DNA from: Octopus vulgaris
Taxonomy: Eukaryota
Reading direction: 5' to 3'
Assembly: GCA_951406725.2 (NCBI GenBank)
Contig: OX597818.1
Span: 114,204,001-114,268,000 of the forward strand
Length of the DNA stretch: 64,000 nt
Shown here: positions 13,291 through 27,245 of the stretch, piece after piece
Numbering within the stretch: the stretch's first letter is position 1
Layout: each line of letters starts with the position of its first letter
Position numbers and translations under genes: made by a program
Notes under the pieces: model-generated
Databases searched by the model: none
Seen by the model: the letters and a program-made list of their open reading frames with translations, nothing else
What the model was told of the DNA's origin: nothing

Positions 13291-13334
<44 letters not shown>

Positions 13335-13392
13335 CATGCATACATCATATATGTATATAATATATATAATATATGAATGTATATATACAAAT

Positions 13393-13460
<68 letters not shown>

Positions 13461-13461
13461 T

Positions 13462-13952
13462 ATAATTAATCAATATAGGGTGGCAAAAAAAATTTTGTAG
13501 AATTCTTTTGCCACCAGCGGCCTAGTGGGAAAAAATTAAATAGTCATAGACCATTTTTAAGTTCAACATCAACAATCAAGGAACGGCCATAATAGGCCAT
13601 TCACCCACTAGAAATAACAGCCAAAGCTTCAACCGCAAATAAAAATTAATTCCGTAAACCAGGAGAAAATTTAAAAAACATTTACCCTGTAATTTCTTAT
13701 ACGATATACCGTTTCATCTGCTGATTAATGGTAAACTAACCTGATTAAATTAAATCAAGCCTTGATTTAATTTAATCAGGTTAGTTTACCATTAATCAGC
13801 AGATGAAACGGTATATCGTATAAGAAATTACAGGGTAAATGTTTTTTAAATTTTCTCCTGGTTTACGGAATTAATTTTTATTTGCGGTTGAAGCTTTGGC
13901 TGTTATTTCTAGTGGGTGAATGGCCTATTATGGCCGTTCCTTGATTGTTGAT
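13462..13952. mobile_element. Family H1 fold-back copy
   Basis: 13568-13759 and 13761-13952 appear to be perfect reverse complements (1-nt spacer). The centre lies inside HHR stem II. Flanked by (TA)n. Confidence 0.85.
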
Positions 13953-14336
13953 ATATATATATATATATATACATGTAAAGTGTGTGTGTGTGTGAGAGAG
14001 AGAGAGGGGAGGGGTAGGAGGGAGTAAGGAAGTTAGAGGAGTGAAAAACTTGAATTTCTAGAAAATGTTTTAGAAGAAAAACAAGAAAAAAAACATTCTT
14101 TTACTTTTATTTTCAGTGAGCGGAGTGCTGCTTTGCTGGGGCGTGGCAAAAGTGTTTCATTGAACAAACCGATCCAAGTATTTATTCTTGTTAAGTCCGG
14201 TCCCCTTTGTTTTAATTTTGTCTCTTTTACCGAAATGCAAATTTTCAGGGAAATAAAGAATCTACCAGGGGTGGTGATGCAGTGCGAAGTCAAATATAAA
14301 GACATGCACACACACACACACGAGCACGCTCGCACG

Positions 14337-14371
<35 letters not shown>

Positions 14372-14387
14372 CACACGAGCACGCTCG

Positions 14388-14425
<38 letters not shown>

Positions 14426-14675
14426 TACATACATAGGTACATATTTACATACATACAACGGACTACTAATACCCTTTCCTTGTACTACATTCACTCACAA
14501 GACATAGGTCAGCCCAGAGCTATATATGGGTAAACTTGCCCCCAAGGTGCCATGCAGTGAGATTGAACCTAAAACTACATGCATCTTAAGTAAGCTTCTG
14601 AACCAAACAGCAAAATCTACTGCAGCTACTTCATAAATCTCTCAGAGAGATTTATGCAGTAGCAGCACGATAAAG

Positions 14676-14888
14676 TGATAGTATGTGGTCAACTTAATGT
14701 GACAGCCCCATGAAAGGGAAGAATGCTACTGTTATTTAACCCTAGGAAACACCGTTTCCTGTTGGACTTGACATAAGGACACAGGAAATGCGTCAAGTCC
14801 AACAGGAAACGGTGTTTCCTAGGGTTAAATAACAGTAGCATTCTTCCCTTTTATGGGGTTGCCACATTAAGTTGACAACATTCTATCA
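14676..14888. repeat. Inverted repeat related to family H3
   Basis: ~95-nt arms with a ~19-nt spacer. GCTACTGTTATTTAACCCTAGGAAACAC resembles H3 GCTACTGTAGTTTTTAGCCCCAGGAGGACAC. Confidence 0.7.
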
Positions 14889-15479
14889 GTTTATTTGGTT
14901 GCAGTTGGTTGCATACGCCAAAATGGCGAAGAAGAAGGCAGCAAAATGTGATAGAAGTGAGAAATCAAATTTGTTTCATGCAAAATTGTAATTTCTGGTG
15001 CTATAATCCAGCAAAGTTTTTAAAATAAATAATTACTGTAGGGAGAGAAAAAAGAAGGATTAAAGTTAAGCAAAAACGAATATAACCGAATTTGATGTTC
15101 CACAAGTTATGATACGTTGTAACAACGGATTTTAAAATGTCTATTTCCCACTTATGCTGACTTTCAACTCTGCGTGTCTTATGTGTCTTTTCTTTTTCTC
15201 CTCTAAAATTCTTTCAATTCTGTGTTTCTCACAGAACACTTCTTTTTGATCTGGTTGTGTTGTTTTCATTTCCTTTGTTCTCTCTTCAAGCGTAAGCCGT
15301 TCCTTTCAGGATTTGGCTGCTATTGCTCAGAATACTAAATTCCCTGGGAAAGTGTGAATAACAACAACAACAATAACAGCAGCAATAACAACAACATCAA
15401 CAACAATCCGAAATAAGTGAGCAACGGCAAGCCGACCAGGCAAGAGCAATAAGAGCAAAAGGGTGGTTAAGAGACATGA

Positions 15480-17135
15480 AAACAGAGGAGATAAAAAGGA
15501 AAGTATGAGACAGAAATAATACTTCACCAATGGTGAGAATAGAAAAATGAAAGGCAACAGTGAAGACGTAGAGCAAAGTGTAAATGTAAATGCATTCTCA
15601 GCAAATGAAGCCGAAGTAACAGGAAGAGATATATCACAAGAATACGATGATGACCAACAAGATATAGTGAGGACGCTGTGCCGATATATTAGTGGAGACC
15701 AGAATCAAGAACGCCCTAAACTGAGTTACATCGATCGACGCAAACTCAAAGGTGAAACCGAAAAGATAGATTCGGTTCTTGGGCTGTTCCAGAGGGGAAA
15801 TACAACTGAAACTAACAAGATTATTTGGGCTGCAGCTATGGTTGCTGCAGACAGAGTTGGATAGAAAAGAAAAGAAGAAACAAGGTAAAGAGCCATAATG
15901 GCGAAGACGAATTTGTGAGGAAGAAAGTTTAAAAAGACATTTGGGACACGTTGATAGATTGAGAAGAGGGGAATTGGAGAACGAAAGCATAAGAATAATG
16001 CTGGAGAGAATATATAGAGTAAGAGATCAAGGGTATGGTGTGATATTAGAAGAATTGAAAGAAAGAGTAATAGCAGTCAAAGCAAAACTAAAAAAATATG
16101 ACAATAGAAAAAGATAGTTCAGGCAAAACGGATTGTTTGAAGCAAATCAAAATAAACTGTTTCAGGAGCTACATAGGGAATTACACGTAACAATGATACC
16201 AGATGCAAAGGAAAGCAGAGCATTCTGGGGAGGGACCTGGGATCAATCTGTAGAACATAATGATGAAACGGAGTGGCTGCATGAAATCCAAGATAGGCCA
16301 AGAAATATAGAAGGACAAGAAGACATAGAAATAACTACAGAGGTGATAAAAAAAGCAGTTAAATAAATTCTCAAATTGGAAGAGTCAAGGACCGGATGGG
16401 GTCGGAGGTTATTGGATGAAGAAGCTGAGAGGGCTTCACGAAAGGATAGAGAAACAGCTAAATCAGTGCCTGTAGCAAGGCGCAGTACCCAGCAGGATGA
16501 CAAAGTACATTGTTATGTGCCAAGGATCCCGAAAAGGGAAATGCTACATCCAGCTTTCGACCAATAACATGTCTTCCACTAATGTGGAGACTAAAGCTAG
16601 GTGCTTTAGTCAGTGAACTGTATAGATACTTAAAAAATAATGGGCTGCTATCTGTTGAACAGAAAGGGTGCCGGGGAACGAAGGATCAGCTCTTAATCGA
16701 TAATCTAACTATCAGAAACTGCAAGAGAAGACACACAAACCTGAGCATGGCATGGGTTGACTATCGGAAAGTATACGATATGATGCCACACTTCTGTATT
16801 ACAAGAACAACGGAAATGCATGGAGTAGCAGAAAATATGAGAACCCTTATATGGTTCATTATGAAATGGTACGAAATAGCCCGACTGTGGAAAATGAAGG
16901 TGAAGATAGTGCCTATTATTGTTGGGTTCTTGGGGACACTATCGGAAAGCATCAAAAGGAATATAAAGGAAATTGGAATAGAGTGTCCAGTGGAACTGTT
17001 ACAAAAGGTTTGCCTCCTTGGCACGGCCAGAGTAATCAGGAAAGTATTAGATAGCTGAAAAGAACGGACAGCATCGTACCAAGTCCGCTACGCTTGCAAA
17101 ACTCCAGGAGTTCTAACAAAACTTGTGATAAAAAG
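15480..17135 (+). mobile_element. R4/Dong-like REL LINE, degenerate, internally deleted
   Basis: RT N-part ([36 protein letters not shown]) is fused to the REL C-end ([13 protein letters not shown]...[17 protein letters not shown]) and ends in AATAATAAT. Confidence 0.85.
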
Positions 17136-18184
17136 AAATAATAATCAATAATATTTAATACACTAACTTTTTGTTTTTGTGCGTACCTGTTGTGTGCGTC
17201 ACACTTCAAAGAAGTGGCAAAGCGAGAGAGAGGACGTAAGAGAGAAAGAGAGTGAGAAAGAGAGAGAGAGAGAGAGAGAGAAAAAAGTGAGCGAGAAAAA
17301 GAGAGAGTGAAAAAGACAGTGAGTGGTTATGGCGTTCGTTTTGTGTTTTTAAATGTTTATCACATCACAAGAGAAGTAGATACCTAAATACATATACACA
17401 TTGTTAAATCAAAAGCGGGAGAGAAGAGGGACACATAGGAAGTGAAAGAGAAAAAGAGAAAGTGAAAAAGACAGTAGATACATAAATCCAAAGAAAAGTT
17501 CATACATACACACAGTTTCACTTTTCATTACCACACGAGGGTAAAATTAACTCACAAATGGCTGAGTACTCCACAGACATGCATAACGTTAACGTAATTG
17601 ACAAGGTTGGCCCCTTTGAATTACAGCTACAACTCAAAACTTATATATAGGAATTTATTTGTGTGTGTGTGTGCGAGTATAGTTTAGGTTAGTTAAAACG
17701 TATTTGCAATAATAAGAGTCGCATGGTGGAAATAAACGCAATTACCAAACTTTCATTCCTAAATCCATTTATTATTTCGTTCTTTTGCATTTCAATTTAT
17801 ACATTAAAGTTCTTTGAATATGTACGATGTATTTTAAGGTTAAATAGTAATTCCGTTTACGTTTGTGTAATTGAGATATTTTGGTTGGATTATATAGTTA
17901 TTGGTGTTACATTACTTTATTCTGTAACTGTCACAATATAGTTTTCTAGGCCTGAGTTTCTTTGTGGGGAGGGGGGCAGTTGATTAGATCGGCCCCAATA
18001 CACAACTGATGCTTAATTTATCGACCCGGAATTAGTCTCATAGATTTTTTTCCTCTTCAGTAGAAAATACGATAAGAAATAAATGAAATACTTACATGCG
18101 CCCATGAAAAAATAAAAAGCCGAAGCAAAAGTCATGAGTACATATAAGTACCCCAGTTATATCAAAATATAAAATTCTTCGTAT

Positions 18185-18244
18185 TTTCTACTGAAGAGGA
18201 AAAAAATCTATGAGATTCATTCCGAAATTGATTCAATATAGAAA
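18185..18244 (+). ncRNA. Type I hammerhead ribozyme, intact core
   Basis: TTTCTA-CTGAAGA-GGAA...TTCC-GAAA-TTGATTCAA-TA-TAGAAA, with an AUA site. A truncated inverted copy lies at 18033-18071 and a related fragment at window positions 1-18. Confidence 0.8.
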
Positions 18245-18485
18245 TAACGAACTTTTAAAAAAAATTCTGTTGACTAGCTTCCCGATTTCAGTACAACGTA
18301 TTTCTATAGTGATTATAATATGTGGAAATTGAAGATTTAAAAGTCTGTTATCAGCATATTGGCAGGGAAATAATTTTCTTGTGCCCTTGTTTATAAGTTG
18401 TTCATAATTTTAACATTTAAAGGTGTTTTAATATGCTGCCACTTTTTGATGAAATTTTTTCTCTAAAAAACTTCATCCTATATTA

Positions 18486-18569
<84 letters not shown>

Positions 18570-18617
18570 ATATATAAACCAGCTTAGAGAAGAAGAAGAC
18601 ACGAAACGAATCGAATC

Positions 18618-18675
<58 letters not shown>

Positions 18676-18790
18676 GTATATTTATATATATATACAATAT
18701 ATATATATATGGGTTAAAATTATTATAATAACTATATTTATCCTACATTAAATCGGTACAGCTCGGTGCGGACCCCAAAGGATCTCTCTC

Positions 18791-18848
<58 letters not shown>

Positions 18849-19466
18849 CATACACACACACATGAATATATATAATTTGTGGGTTCGATATATATATATA
18901 TATATATGCGTTTGTGTGTGTTTGCTTTCATGTATGTAATCACACACACACAGACGCACACACATACACACCACACATTTCCACGTTGTATTTTAATGTT
19001 TTCTAATCTGAAACATTTCAATTCCACCATCTTTCGTTGCTGCACACAAGCTGTCACGTTATTGATTTATAACAGTTATTATATATTTATATTTATTTAC
19101 AGTATAATTATTTGGAATGTACAAGTACTTCGTATAATATATTATCTGATACCGAAGCGGTCAGTTTTCTGACTTCCTAACTTATTAATCTAATCTCTGC
19201 AAATAGTTTTTTAATCCTAGACTTTGCGTAAAGCCTTCTGCTAATATTAGAGTCCTTGTTATTCATAGATTGAGTTTTCGTCTGCCGTTCTAAGTTCACA
19301 TAACTTGTATTTTTGCGCATTGTAATTGTAATTTTTATTGATTAAAACTTGGTGAGGGGTTTAATATATGACACTCTTGTTAGTGTGAAAAGAACTTTTT
19401 AATCACACAGGTGTGCTCTCACCTGTATATTAGCATCAAATAAATATGCAATATCTATTTTCATCA

Positions 19467-19685
19467 AGGCGGCGAGCTGGCAGAAACGTTAGCACGCCTG
19501 GCGAAATGCGTAGCCGTATTTCGTCTCCTGTTACGTTCTGAGTTCAAATTCCGCCCAGGTCGACTTTGCCTTTCATCCTTTCGAGGTCGATAATTTAAGT
19601 ACCAGTTACGCACTGGGGTCGATGTAATCAACTAGACCTCTTCCCACCGAAATTTTCAAGACCTTGTGCCTAGAGTAGAAATAAT
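19467..19685 (+). mobile_element. SINE family A (GGCGGCGAGCTGGCAG head), monomer
   Basis: tRNA-like head with B-box-like GAGTTCAAATTCC. Many similar copies occur in the window. Confidence 0.8.
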
Positions 19686-20434
19686 TATTCATAGATTGGT
19701 TTAGTGAAGGAAACGGTTGCCGAAGGAAATCTAGGACATCAACGAAAACAAGCTAAGTAATTTGTTCTGGTGGATTTTCTACCCAGTACGTATATATAGC
19801 GTCCGAAAATCCCTGGGGTATCACTGGTATTGGTGAGAAGGGCTCCAGTTGGTGATAAACTTTTATATGTACAGGAAGCTTTCGGTTGATTTATAGCAAG
19901 GTGTGCTGAAGGCGATGAAACTATTTCCCATGCAATCGGTCTCTGTTTACGTTTTGCTGATAGGTAAAGTTAATTCGAACGGCGGTTATTGCGTAAAGAA
20001 CCCACTATCGGTGGAGTTCCTCTGATCAGCAGATCGATTTTCCAACCTGCTTTGGAAAACAAAAGACAAGCTGTGTTCCTCAGTTTGGTCGTTATAGCTA
20101 AAGTGAGTTGTAGGACGAATGCATTTGGAACGGTTGAGGATGCAATCCCCCAATCTTGCGTCAGTTTTAAGTATGTCTTCAATCGGAAAGTGTGACTGAA
20201 GACAGAAGTATAATCTCCAAGTAAATTTGGAGAAAGTTGCTTAATAACATCATTGGTAATACCTTACGAACAGGATAATCAATGGTTCCTTGCTGATGAC
20301 CAAGTGACAAATGTATGTTTGTATCTTGACTCATGATAAATATCAGAGCAAACTCTGGTCGCAAAAAGTGATTTGTTTGTTTAAATCCTTCGTCAATGTA
20401 CATCATTAATAGATACACATGCTTATATTACAAA

Positions 20435-20682
20435 CATGGTGGTTGTCTATTCCTTATGCAGATTCTCACCACCTCTTGTAACTACACCTTAGATCTATCA
20501 GGGTATCTGATGTGGCTTTTTGATTCAGAAAATGTATTGAAAAGACACCCACATAAATTGCATATCCGATTTCGACCACCAAGAGCTGCAGTTAAATTCT
20601 GATCGTTGTGTATCTTAAAATGTCGTCTGAAGCCTCCGTTAGAACTGCAGATCTTATGGCATACATTGCATTGAAAGGTGTA
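20435..20682 (-). mobile_element. 3' fragment of an RTE-type LINE with C-terminal C2H2-like fingers
   Basis: FQCNVCHKICSSNGGFRRHFKIH...CNLCG...KSHIR followed by a short 3' UTR. Abuts (TACA)n. Confidence 0.55.
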
Positions 20683-21142
20683 CATACATACATACATACA
20701 TACATACATACATACATACATACATACATACATACATACATACATACATACACGCATGTAAACACATATACTTTTGTATTCAAAAATAGAAGACTCGTTA
20801 CATGTAATTGGCAGTTTCAAAATCCTTTCATGTGGTTGAGATTTGTTTTAGCCAGACTTGGATCACTTAACGTGTGAATTGTTTTGGCTAACTCCGATTT
20901 CCGTTTGTGCTGTAAACATTTTGTGAAGGTAAATTATATAGAATCTTTTAATTGTTCTAATTATAATCTAAAAATTCATGGATCAAGTTTAAGTTCTAGG
21001 CCATAAAAAATCATTTTGGAAGCCGACTCTTATAGGTATATTATTCCATCTTTTAATTTGCCTTACTTTTCCAATTGTAATACAAATAAAACAAACCAAC
21101 CATCTTTTTAATTTTTCTTCATTTTCTTTTACTGACTTTTTA

Positions 21143-21175
<33 letters not shown>

Positions 21176-21180
<5 letters not shown>

Positions 21181-21269
21181 GAATATTTGCATTGTATTCA
21201 AATACAAGGGGCATTTTCCTTGTTTCTGCCAGTCTCTGTCTCTCTTGTTTACTCTTGTGGGTTTGAGGT

Positions 21270-21313
<44 letters not shown>

Positions 21314-21540
21314 ACCTCAAACCCACAAGAGTAAACAAGAGAGACAGAGACTGGCAGAAACAAGGAAAATGCCCCTTGTATTTGAATACAATGCAAATAT
21401 TCTTTTAAAAAACTTTTCTTTTAATTTTTCCAAATTTAATTGTTTTCCATACAGTTGAAAAGTCTCAATGGCTGGAAACGGTACTGAAATGTTCTTTATA
21501 AAATAATTTTAGCATTTTCTATCTTGATTTTTTCCCATGT
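21176..21540. mobile_element. Fold-back element with central (TA)n and degenerate HHR (~21451-21487)
   Basis: The ORF track gives identical peptides for 21175-21396(-) and 21187-21408(+), showing a perfect palindrome. Downstream is CAG-TTGAAAA-GTC...GCTG-GAAA-CGG-TA-CTG. Confidence 0.75.
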
Positions 21541-21807
21541 ATATATATATATATATATATATTTGGGTGTGTTTATCACCCACCACCGCTTGACAATCGA
21601 TGTTGGTGTGCTTACCGATAGAATAAGTACTAGGCTTACAAAGTATAAGTCCTTGTGTTGATTTGTTCGACTAAAGGCGGTGCTCCAGCATGGCCGCAGT
21701 CAAATGACTGAAACAAAAGAATATAGATACCAGAAGGTCCGTTCAAAAGATTTCACAACCACACACACCCTTTCTTTTGGGAACATTGATAAAACAAAAC
21801 AGGCAAC

Positions 21808-21990
21808 AGGTGTCCCAGATGAACCAACTTTACGGCAGGAGGTGCAGATGAAGGCAGCTGCATCAAACTCTCTCATGCACCAAATGTCAATTGTTAAAAA
21901 AGCATTCGTGAAGTAAAATCATGTAGCAACACAGAATGGCGGTGCCCCAGCATGGCCACAGCTCGTGAGCTGAAACTAGATAAAATAAAT
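21808..21990 (+). mobile_element. Extreme 3' end of the CR1/L2-group LINE
   Basis: VPDEPTLRQEVQMKAAASNSLMHQ matches the ORF2 C-terminus. Tail is GGCGGTGCCCCAGCATGGCCACAGCTCGTGAGCTGAAACTAGA. Confidence 0.85.
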
Positions 21991-22564
21991 AAAATAAAAA
22001 AATAAAAAATATCTAGTCGTTGAAACAAAAGATTGCGGTTTCCCTTTCCAAATAAATCATTTATCCTCTAAACAGATTTTAGAACGACCACATGTCGTTT
22101 GTTGGTTATTGTGTTATTTCTCATAAATTCAATTTTGTACCCCTGGCAGTTTGGTGCTTATCAATAATAAATCTCATTATAATTTCAATTTTGGAAGTTG
22201 ATTTCTAAACCCAAATGACACCAGCTAATCCCTATATAATCCTTTTAATGCTATAAACCTTAATTCTTGATATTAGGTTCAATTTCAAAACGTGTTCTTT
22301 TATTTTCCTTTTAGAAATATCTGTCCATGCCAATATAGTTGTGTGCTTGACAGCAACCTCCTTATCATTTGAACTTAATACCTCATACTCTGGACAGAAA
22401 AAATCCTACAACTTGATTTATGGGTTTATCATAAATTGTTTCTAGATTTGGAAGGGGAATGTAATGTTTAAAAAAAATCGTGCTTGTCGAACTCTTACTA
22501 AATTACGTTGCCTTGTCTTTTTCTACTTTCCGTCCTTCACTGTTCTATATATATTGTTTGTGTG

Positions 22565-22870
22565 AAGGCGCGTGCCTTAGTCGTTAGGCTATTCGGCTCA
22601 CGATCTTAATGTCGTGAGTTCGATTCCCGGAGGCGCGTTGAATCCTTCAGCAGGATACTTTATTTCACGTTGTTGCAGGACACTCACCAGGCAAAAATGA
22701 GTAGTACCTGTAATTTAAACATTCTGTGTAACGCTGAATTTCCCCAAGAGCTACGCTAAGGGTACGCGTGTCTGTGGAGTACTCATCCACTTGCACGTTA
22801 ATTTCACGAGCAGGCTGTTCCGCGGATCAGATCAACTGAAACATTCATCGTCATAACCGACGAAGAGCCA
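22565..22870 (+). mobile_element. SINE family C (tRNA-derived head)
   Basis: GAAGGCGCGTGCCTTAGTCGTTAGG...GAGTTCGATTCC head. Body is shared with 49208-49545 and 60236-60575. Confidence 0.7.
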
Positions 22871-24057
22871 TGTTATTGGGTTATCACTGGATCATTCCAG
22901 TAACATATTTTCGTTCAGGGTTGACTCATGCTCGTACACAACAATATGAACAACAACAGCAACAAAATTCTTTTCTACCCTAGGCACAAGACCCGAAATT
23001 TGGAGGTAGGAGCCAGTCGATTAAATTGACCCTAGTACGCAAATGTTACTTAATTTATCGACCCCGAAAAAATGATAGGCAAAGTCGACCTCGGTGGAAT
23101 TTGAACTCAGAATGTAAAGACATTAACAAAATTAAACAACAACAACTAGAACAAAAACAGCGACAGCAGTAGCAATACAAAAGCGGACTCCATGCAATCG
23201 ATAGGTTCTGGTGTTCTTCATTAAAAGGTTCTGATACACACTATTAGGATGTTAGCTTATATTTTCAACTCGTATTCAAATGTATATATTTGAGGCTGAC
23301 ATCAATCTAGTAATTGTACTTGATCTGTAACAATTGTACTTGAGGTGATTTTTCACCCGGGGTTTGTTGAGCCGGATCCAACCAACGATTTCGCCATGTC
23401 CGTGACGAATGTTGACCACATCCGACGGTCTGCAGTAGTCGAGGCTGTAATGCATATCCATTTCGGATTCCACTGTCGAAGACCATTGACGTAGAGGCCT
23501 GGTAGTGCTTCCACGTCCGGATAGCATGGACGCCGTAGCTGTAGTCGTCATTGGTCGTTGAGATGAAGGGTTCATGCTCCGAGTTTCAGTTCACATGTGG
23601 TCCCAAGTCACATGCATATATACTTTGGGATAGATCCTCTTGCCGTCGATTGTCGACCGTCGCGGAGGGTTCGCTGACCAAGTCACCACCGACTACTGAA
23701 GCACACGTAGCCTGGGATTCAAGCAAATTCTAGGGATATGCTTTGGTAAAAGCTGAGGAGTACCTCGTTCATTTTCGATCTATTGCTTAAGGAAGCAATT
23801 CCGGTTTGAACTTGGTGATCAAGTTGGTCCGGTGATTAGGACTTGCTCTTGGTACCTACCTAGGTGGAATTTGAAAACGCAACGCAGATGGCCGGAACAT
23901 ATACTCCAAGCCATCTAGTTCGTCACTCTAAACATTCCTCCAAGTACTCCGCCCCAGAGGTCTGGTACTTTATTTAGCAATTCCAAGCAATAAAAAGCTA
24001 AAGTGTCAACGTCGAAATTTGAACTCAAGACGAAAGGAGACAAATACCACCAAGCAT

Positions 24058-25070
24058 CGGGGAAACCCAAAAGAAACCGGAATTTTGCAGTATTATCTTA
24101 TCCACTTAGTTTTACACGCTTTCACTTTTATCGCCTTTGAAGTATTCTCCATTTGAAGCAATGCATCAATCCAGATGCGTTTTCTAGTGTTCGAAGTAGT
24201 CCTAGAACTCTTGCGAAGTGATGCTTTTTAATGCCTCCGTCATTTTTTTCTTCATCCCTTCTGCATCGGCAAAACGTTTTCCTTTAAGTACTTTTTTCAT
24301 TCGGGAGAACAGAAAAAAAGTCGCAGAGAGTAAGATTGAGCGAATAGGGAGAGTGCGTAAGCAGGGCCGTACCATTTTTAGTCAAAATTTGTCTCACACT
24401 CAAGGTGGTGTGAGCAGGCGCATTGTCATGATGAAACCACTCCTCTCCACTTTGCCATATGTTGGGACGTTTTCGTCTCACCTCGTCTCGCAAATGCTTC
24501 AGAATTGCCAAATAAAATGTCAGGTTAACAGTTTCACCAGATGGAACAAATTCTGTGCAGGCAACTCCTTTCGTATCAATGAAACAAATCAGCATTGTGT
24601 TGACATTGGACATCATTTGACGCGCTTTTGAGAGGCGTGGTGACATTGAATGCTTCCATTGACTTGCTTGCTGATTCTTTCTCGGGTCGTAGCCATAGCA
24701 TTAGCTTTCGTCACCAGTGATGACCTTTGGATAAAGGTTAGGATCAACTTCCAGCCATTCCTAAAGTGTGAAAACCACTCGTAAACTTGTGTTTTGCTCA
24801 TGGCAGCATCCTTGTGAGTTGTTTGAAGCATGACAACTGTTTCAGCCGCCGTTTTCTCCAAGCAAAAAAAAGCAGAATTTCACAGAAGTACGCTGTTCCT
24901 TCGTTTTAGCCATCCCCAAAATAGACGAACAGGAGAGAAGCACTTTAAAACAAAGACGCACCACGTAAGAGTACGACTACAATCGACGAAACTGGTCGGC
25001 AGACAGACGCCTGAGTGTTTCCAGTTACTTTTGGGTGACGTCCTGACGTCTCTGTTAAAGTACCTACTTT
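24058..25070 (-). mobile_element. Mariner (Tc1/mariner) transposon relic
   Basis: KTAAETVVML...SKTQVYEWFSHFRNG (HTH) and MLICFID...EFVPSGETVN...FHHDNAPAH...HSPYSLNLTLCDFF (catalytic domain). Frameshifted and internally deleted. Confidence 0.92.
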
Positions 25071-25284
25071 CTGACAAAACACGTCAAAAAAATGTTATCT
25101 ATACTATGACAATCACGAATTTCCCAACATTAGATCAGACTCAGATAATGCATAAGGAAATTGATATATCAACGAAGTGAAACCAGATCACAGGTGCACG
25201 GCCATGTGCTTTACTTATATTTCTAGAATGACTTCCTTATTTAAAAAAAAAAATTATTTTGTCATTGAAGGAAGGACATCTTAT

Positions 25285-25665
25285 TTCTTTATTGCCCACT
25301 AGGGGACAAACAAGGACAGACAAAGGGATTAAGTCGATTACATCGACGCCAGTACGTAACTGGTACTTATTTAATCGACCCCGAAAGGATGAAAGGTAAA
25401 GTCGACCTCGGTGGGATTTGAACTCAGAACGTAGCGGCAGACGAAATACCTATTTCTTTACTACCTACAAGGGGCTAAACACAAAGAGGACAGACAAACG
25501 GATTAAGTCGATTATATCTACCCCAGTGCGCAACTGGTACTTATTTAATCGACCCCGAAAGGATGAAGGGCAAAGTCGACCTCGGCGGAATTTGAACTCA
25601 GAACGTAGCGGCAGACGAAATACCGCTGAGCATTTCGCTCGGCGTGCTAACGTTTCTGCCAGCTT
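25285..25665 (-). mobile_element. SINE family A, tandem dimer
   Basis: Two consecutive ~180-nt units, each with GTCGACCTCGG...TTTGAACTCAGAACGTAGCGGCAGACGAAATACC. Confidence 0.8.
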
Positions 25666-27245
25666 TCTGCCTTATAGGCGGTGAGCTGGCAGGACATCTG
25701 TGGAAGGACATCTGTGGAAGGACATCTGTGACTGTTCTATATGTATGCAGCATCAGTGTATCCTTGTCAATGTCACTGTTTATGTTCATACTCGTCTAAA
25801 ACCTGGTGTTTATGCTGTCTTTGTAATCTCTTTAAGTTAGCGGTTCGACAAAAGTAATCGATGAAATAAGTATCTGAGTTAAATAAATACTGTGGTTGAT
25901 ATGTTCTGCTAAACCCTCGAGGAAAAGGAACCGTGTACATCGTTTAATTGTCCTGTGCAAGGTTTGGAGAATAGGTGATAAAATAGTAAGAAAGACAGAA
26001 ATGGAGAGTCTGGTGCATCGAGATGGTTTAGGCGGAAGTACGAAGTAATTTTCAAGTACAGAGGAGTAGAGAAGAGTTCAAGGATGTTAGAGGAAGCAGA
26101 GAGAAAAATCAGAGCGTTTATACCGTGTCTGTAATATGTTAGTCGGAGGTCTTGGATGTTTGTTTGTGTAGAGGCAGTACCCTATATTTGGGAGTAGTAT
26201 CTGGAACCGATTCTTAGTTGAGGTTTCAGAGTTCAGATCACACCCTCTGACACCGGTAACGATGGTTATAGACTTAGTTAGGCCTTAAAAAGTGCCCCAA
26301 AATTTTAGCTGATCACTCAAAACCAACACACGAGTTGTCAAGCCGTCCAAGTCTTGTGCACGCAATGGATATGTATCTACAGAGAGTTCGGGCTAAATTT
26401 GAATATTTGCCTAAAAGGAAGTACGAACGGGTCCATTACAAAATATTTACCATTGTATTTATGGAATCACATTCACTTAAAAATATTTCTAAATGATTAA
26501 AATATTGTATTTAACAAAAGCGAGATTAGAAACATTTACAGTAAAAAAAAAAATAAAACTCGTATTTTTTCGTTGGCAAGTTAGTCACTGAGACTTTTGC
26601 ACAGATCGTGAACTTTGTTTTCAAAATACAGAAGACATTGATCATAATGTCTCTAATCGAAGCTTTATCAGGCAAGACTGTTCGAGATGCGCGCAGAGCG
26701 ATGAAACCGTGTTGCTGACTTGTGGAATTATGTCGAACAGCTGTTATCGTGTGTGGATGAATGCGGCTATTGGCCGGATTCATCGTGAGGATCGCCGCAT
26801 CACCCACCTTTAACAAAGCAGGGAAGGCGGTGTTCGTCTGTCTGATAGCTATGGCAAAAGAGGTTGTAATGTGGATGATCCTGAAAGGATTGAAGAAAGA
26901 CACCTTCCTCTTCGCTCAAGCTGTTAAGGAAAGGAAAGTGAGGGTGTAGCTACCTTTCAGCGAATTTGTGAAAAGATGGGTGACTGGCAAAAATGGTTAG
27001 AGCGAATGGTCCTGCTCTAAGTATTTTCCTATAAATTGGGGAACAACATTTGGAAGAGGGTTCGTGCTGGTCAGGGTAATCCTGAATCTGTGGGGTTCCT
27101 TGATTGGATCAAGCTGGTGTTTCAACTATATTATTCATGTAATCACATACTTTGAAGTACTGCATGTATTTTGCATTTTTTTCCATGCTACTATTATTCC
27201 ATAAGGGCTAAAAGATCCTCTCTATATATTTATATATATCGCACA

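Noticed and set aside
19690-20400. Degenerate APE/RT LINE on the minus strand
   Set aside because: Only a faint TW...IDY-like remnant; too decayed to call.
20482-20682. C2H2 zinc-finger host gene
   Set aside because: The second finger is degenerate, there are no TGEKP linkers or splice signals, and it abuts a microsatellite. It fits a LINE C-terminal fragment better.
23276-23860. GC-richer segment with 99-aa ORF
   Set aside because: No recognisable domain or splice structure; probably an unidentified TE fragment.
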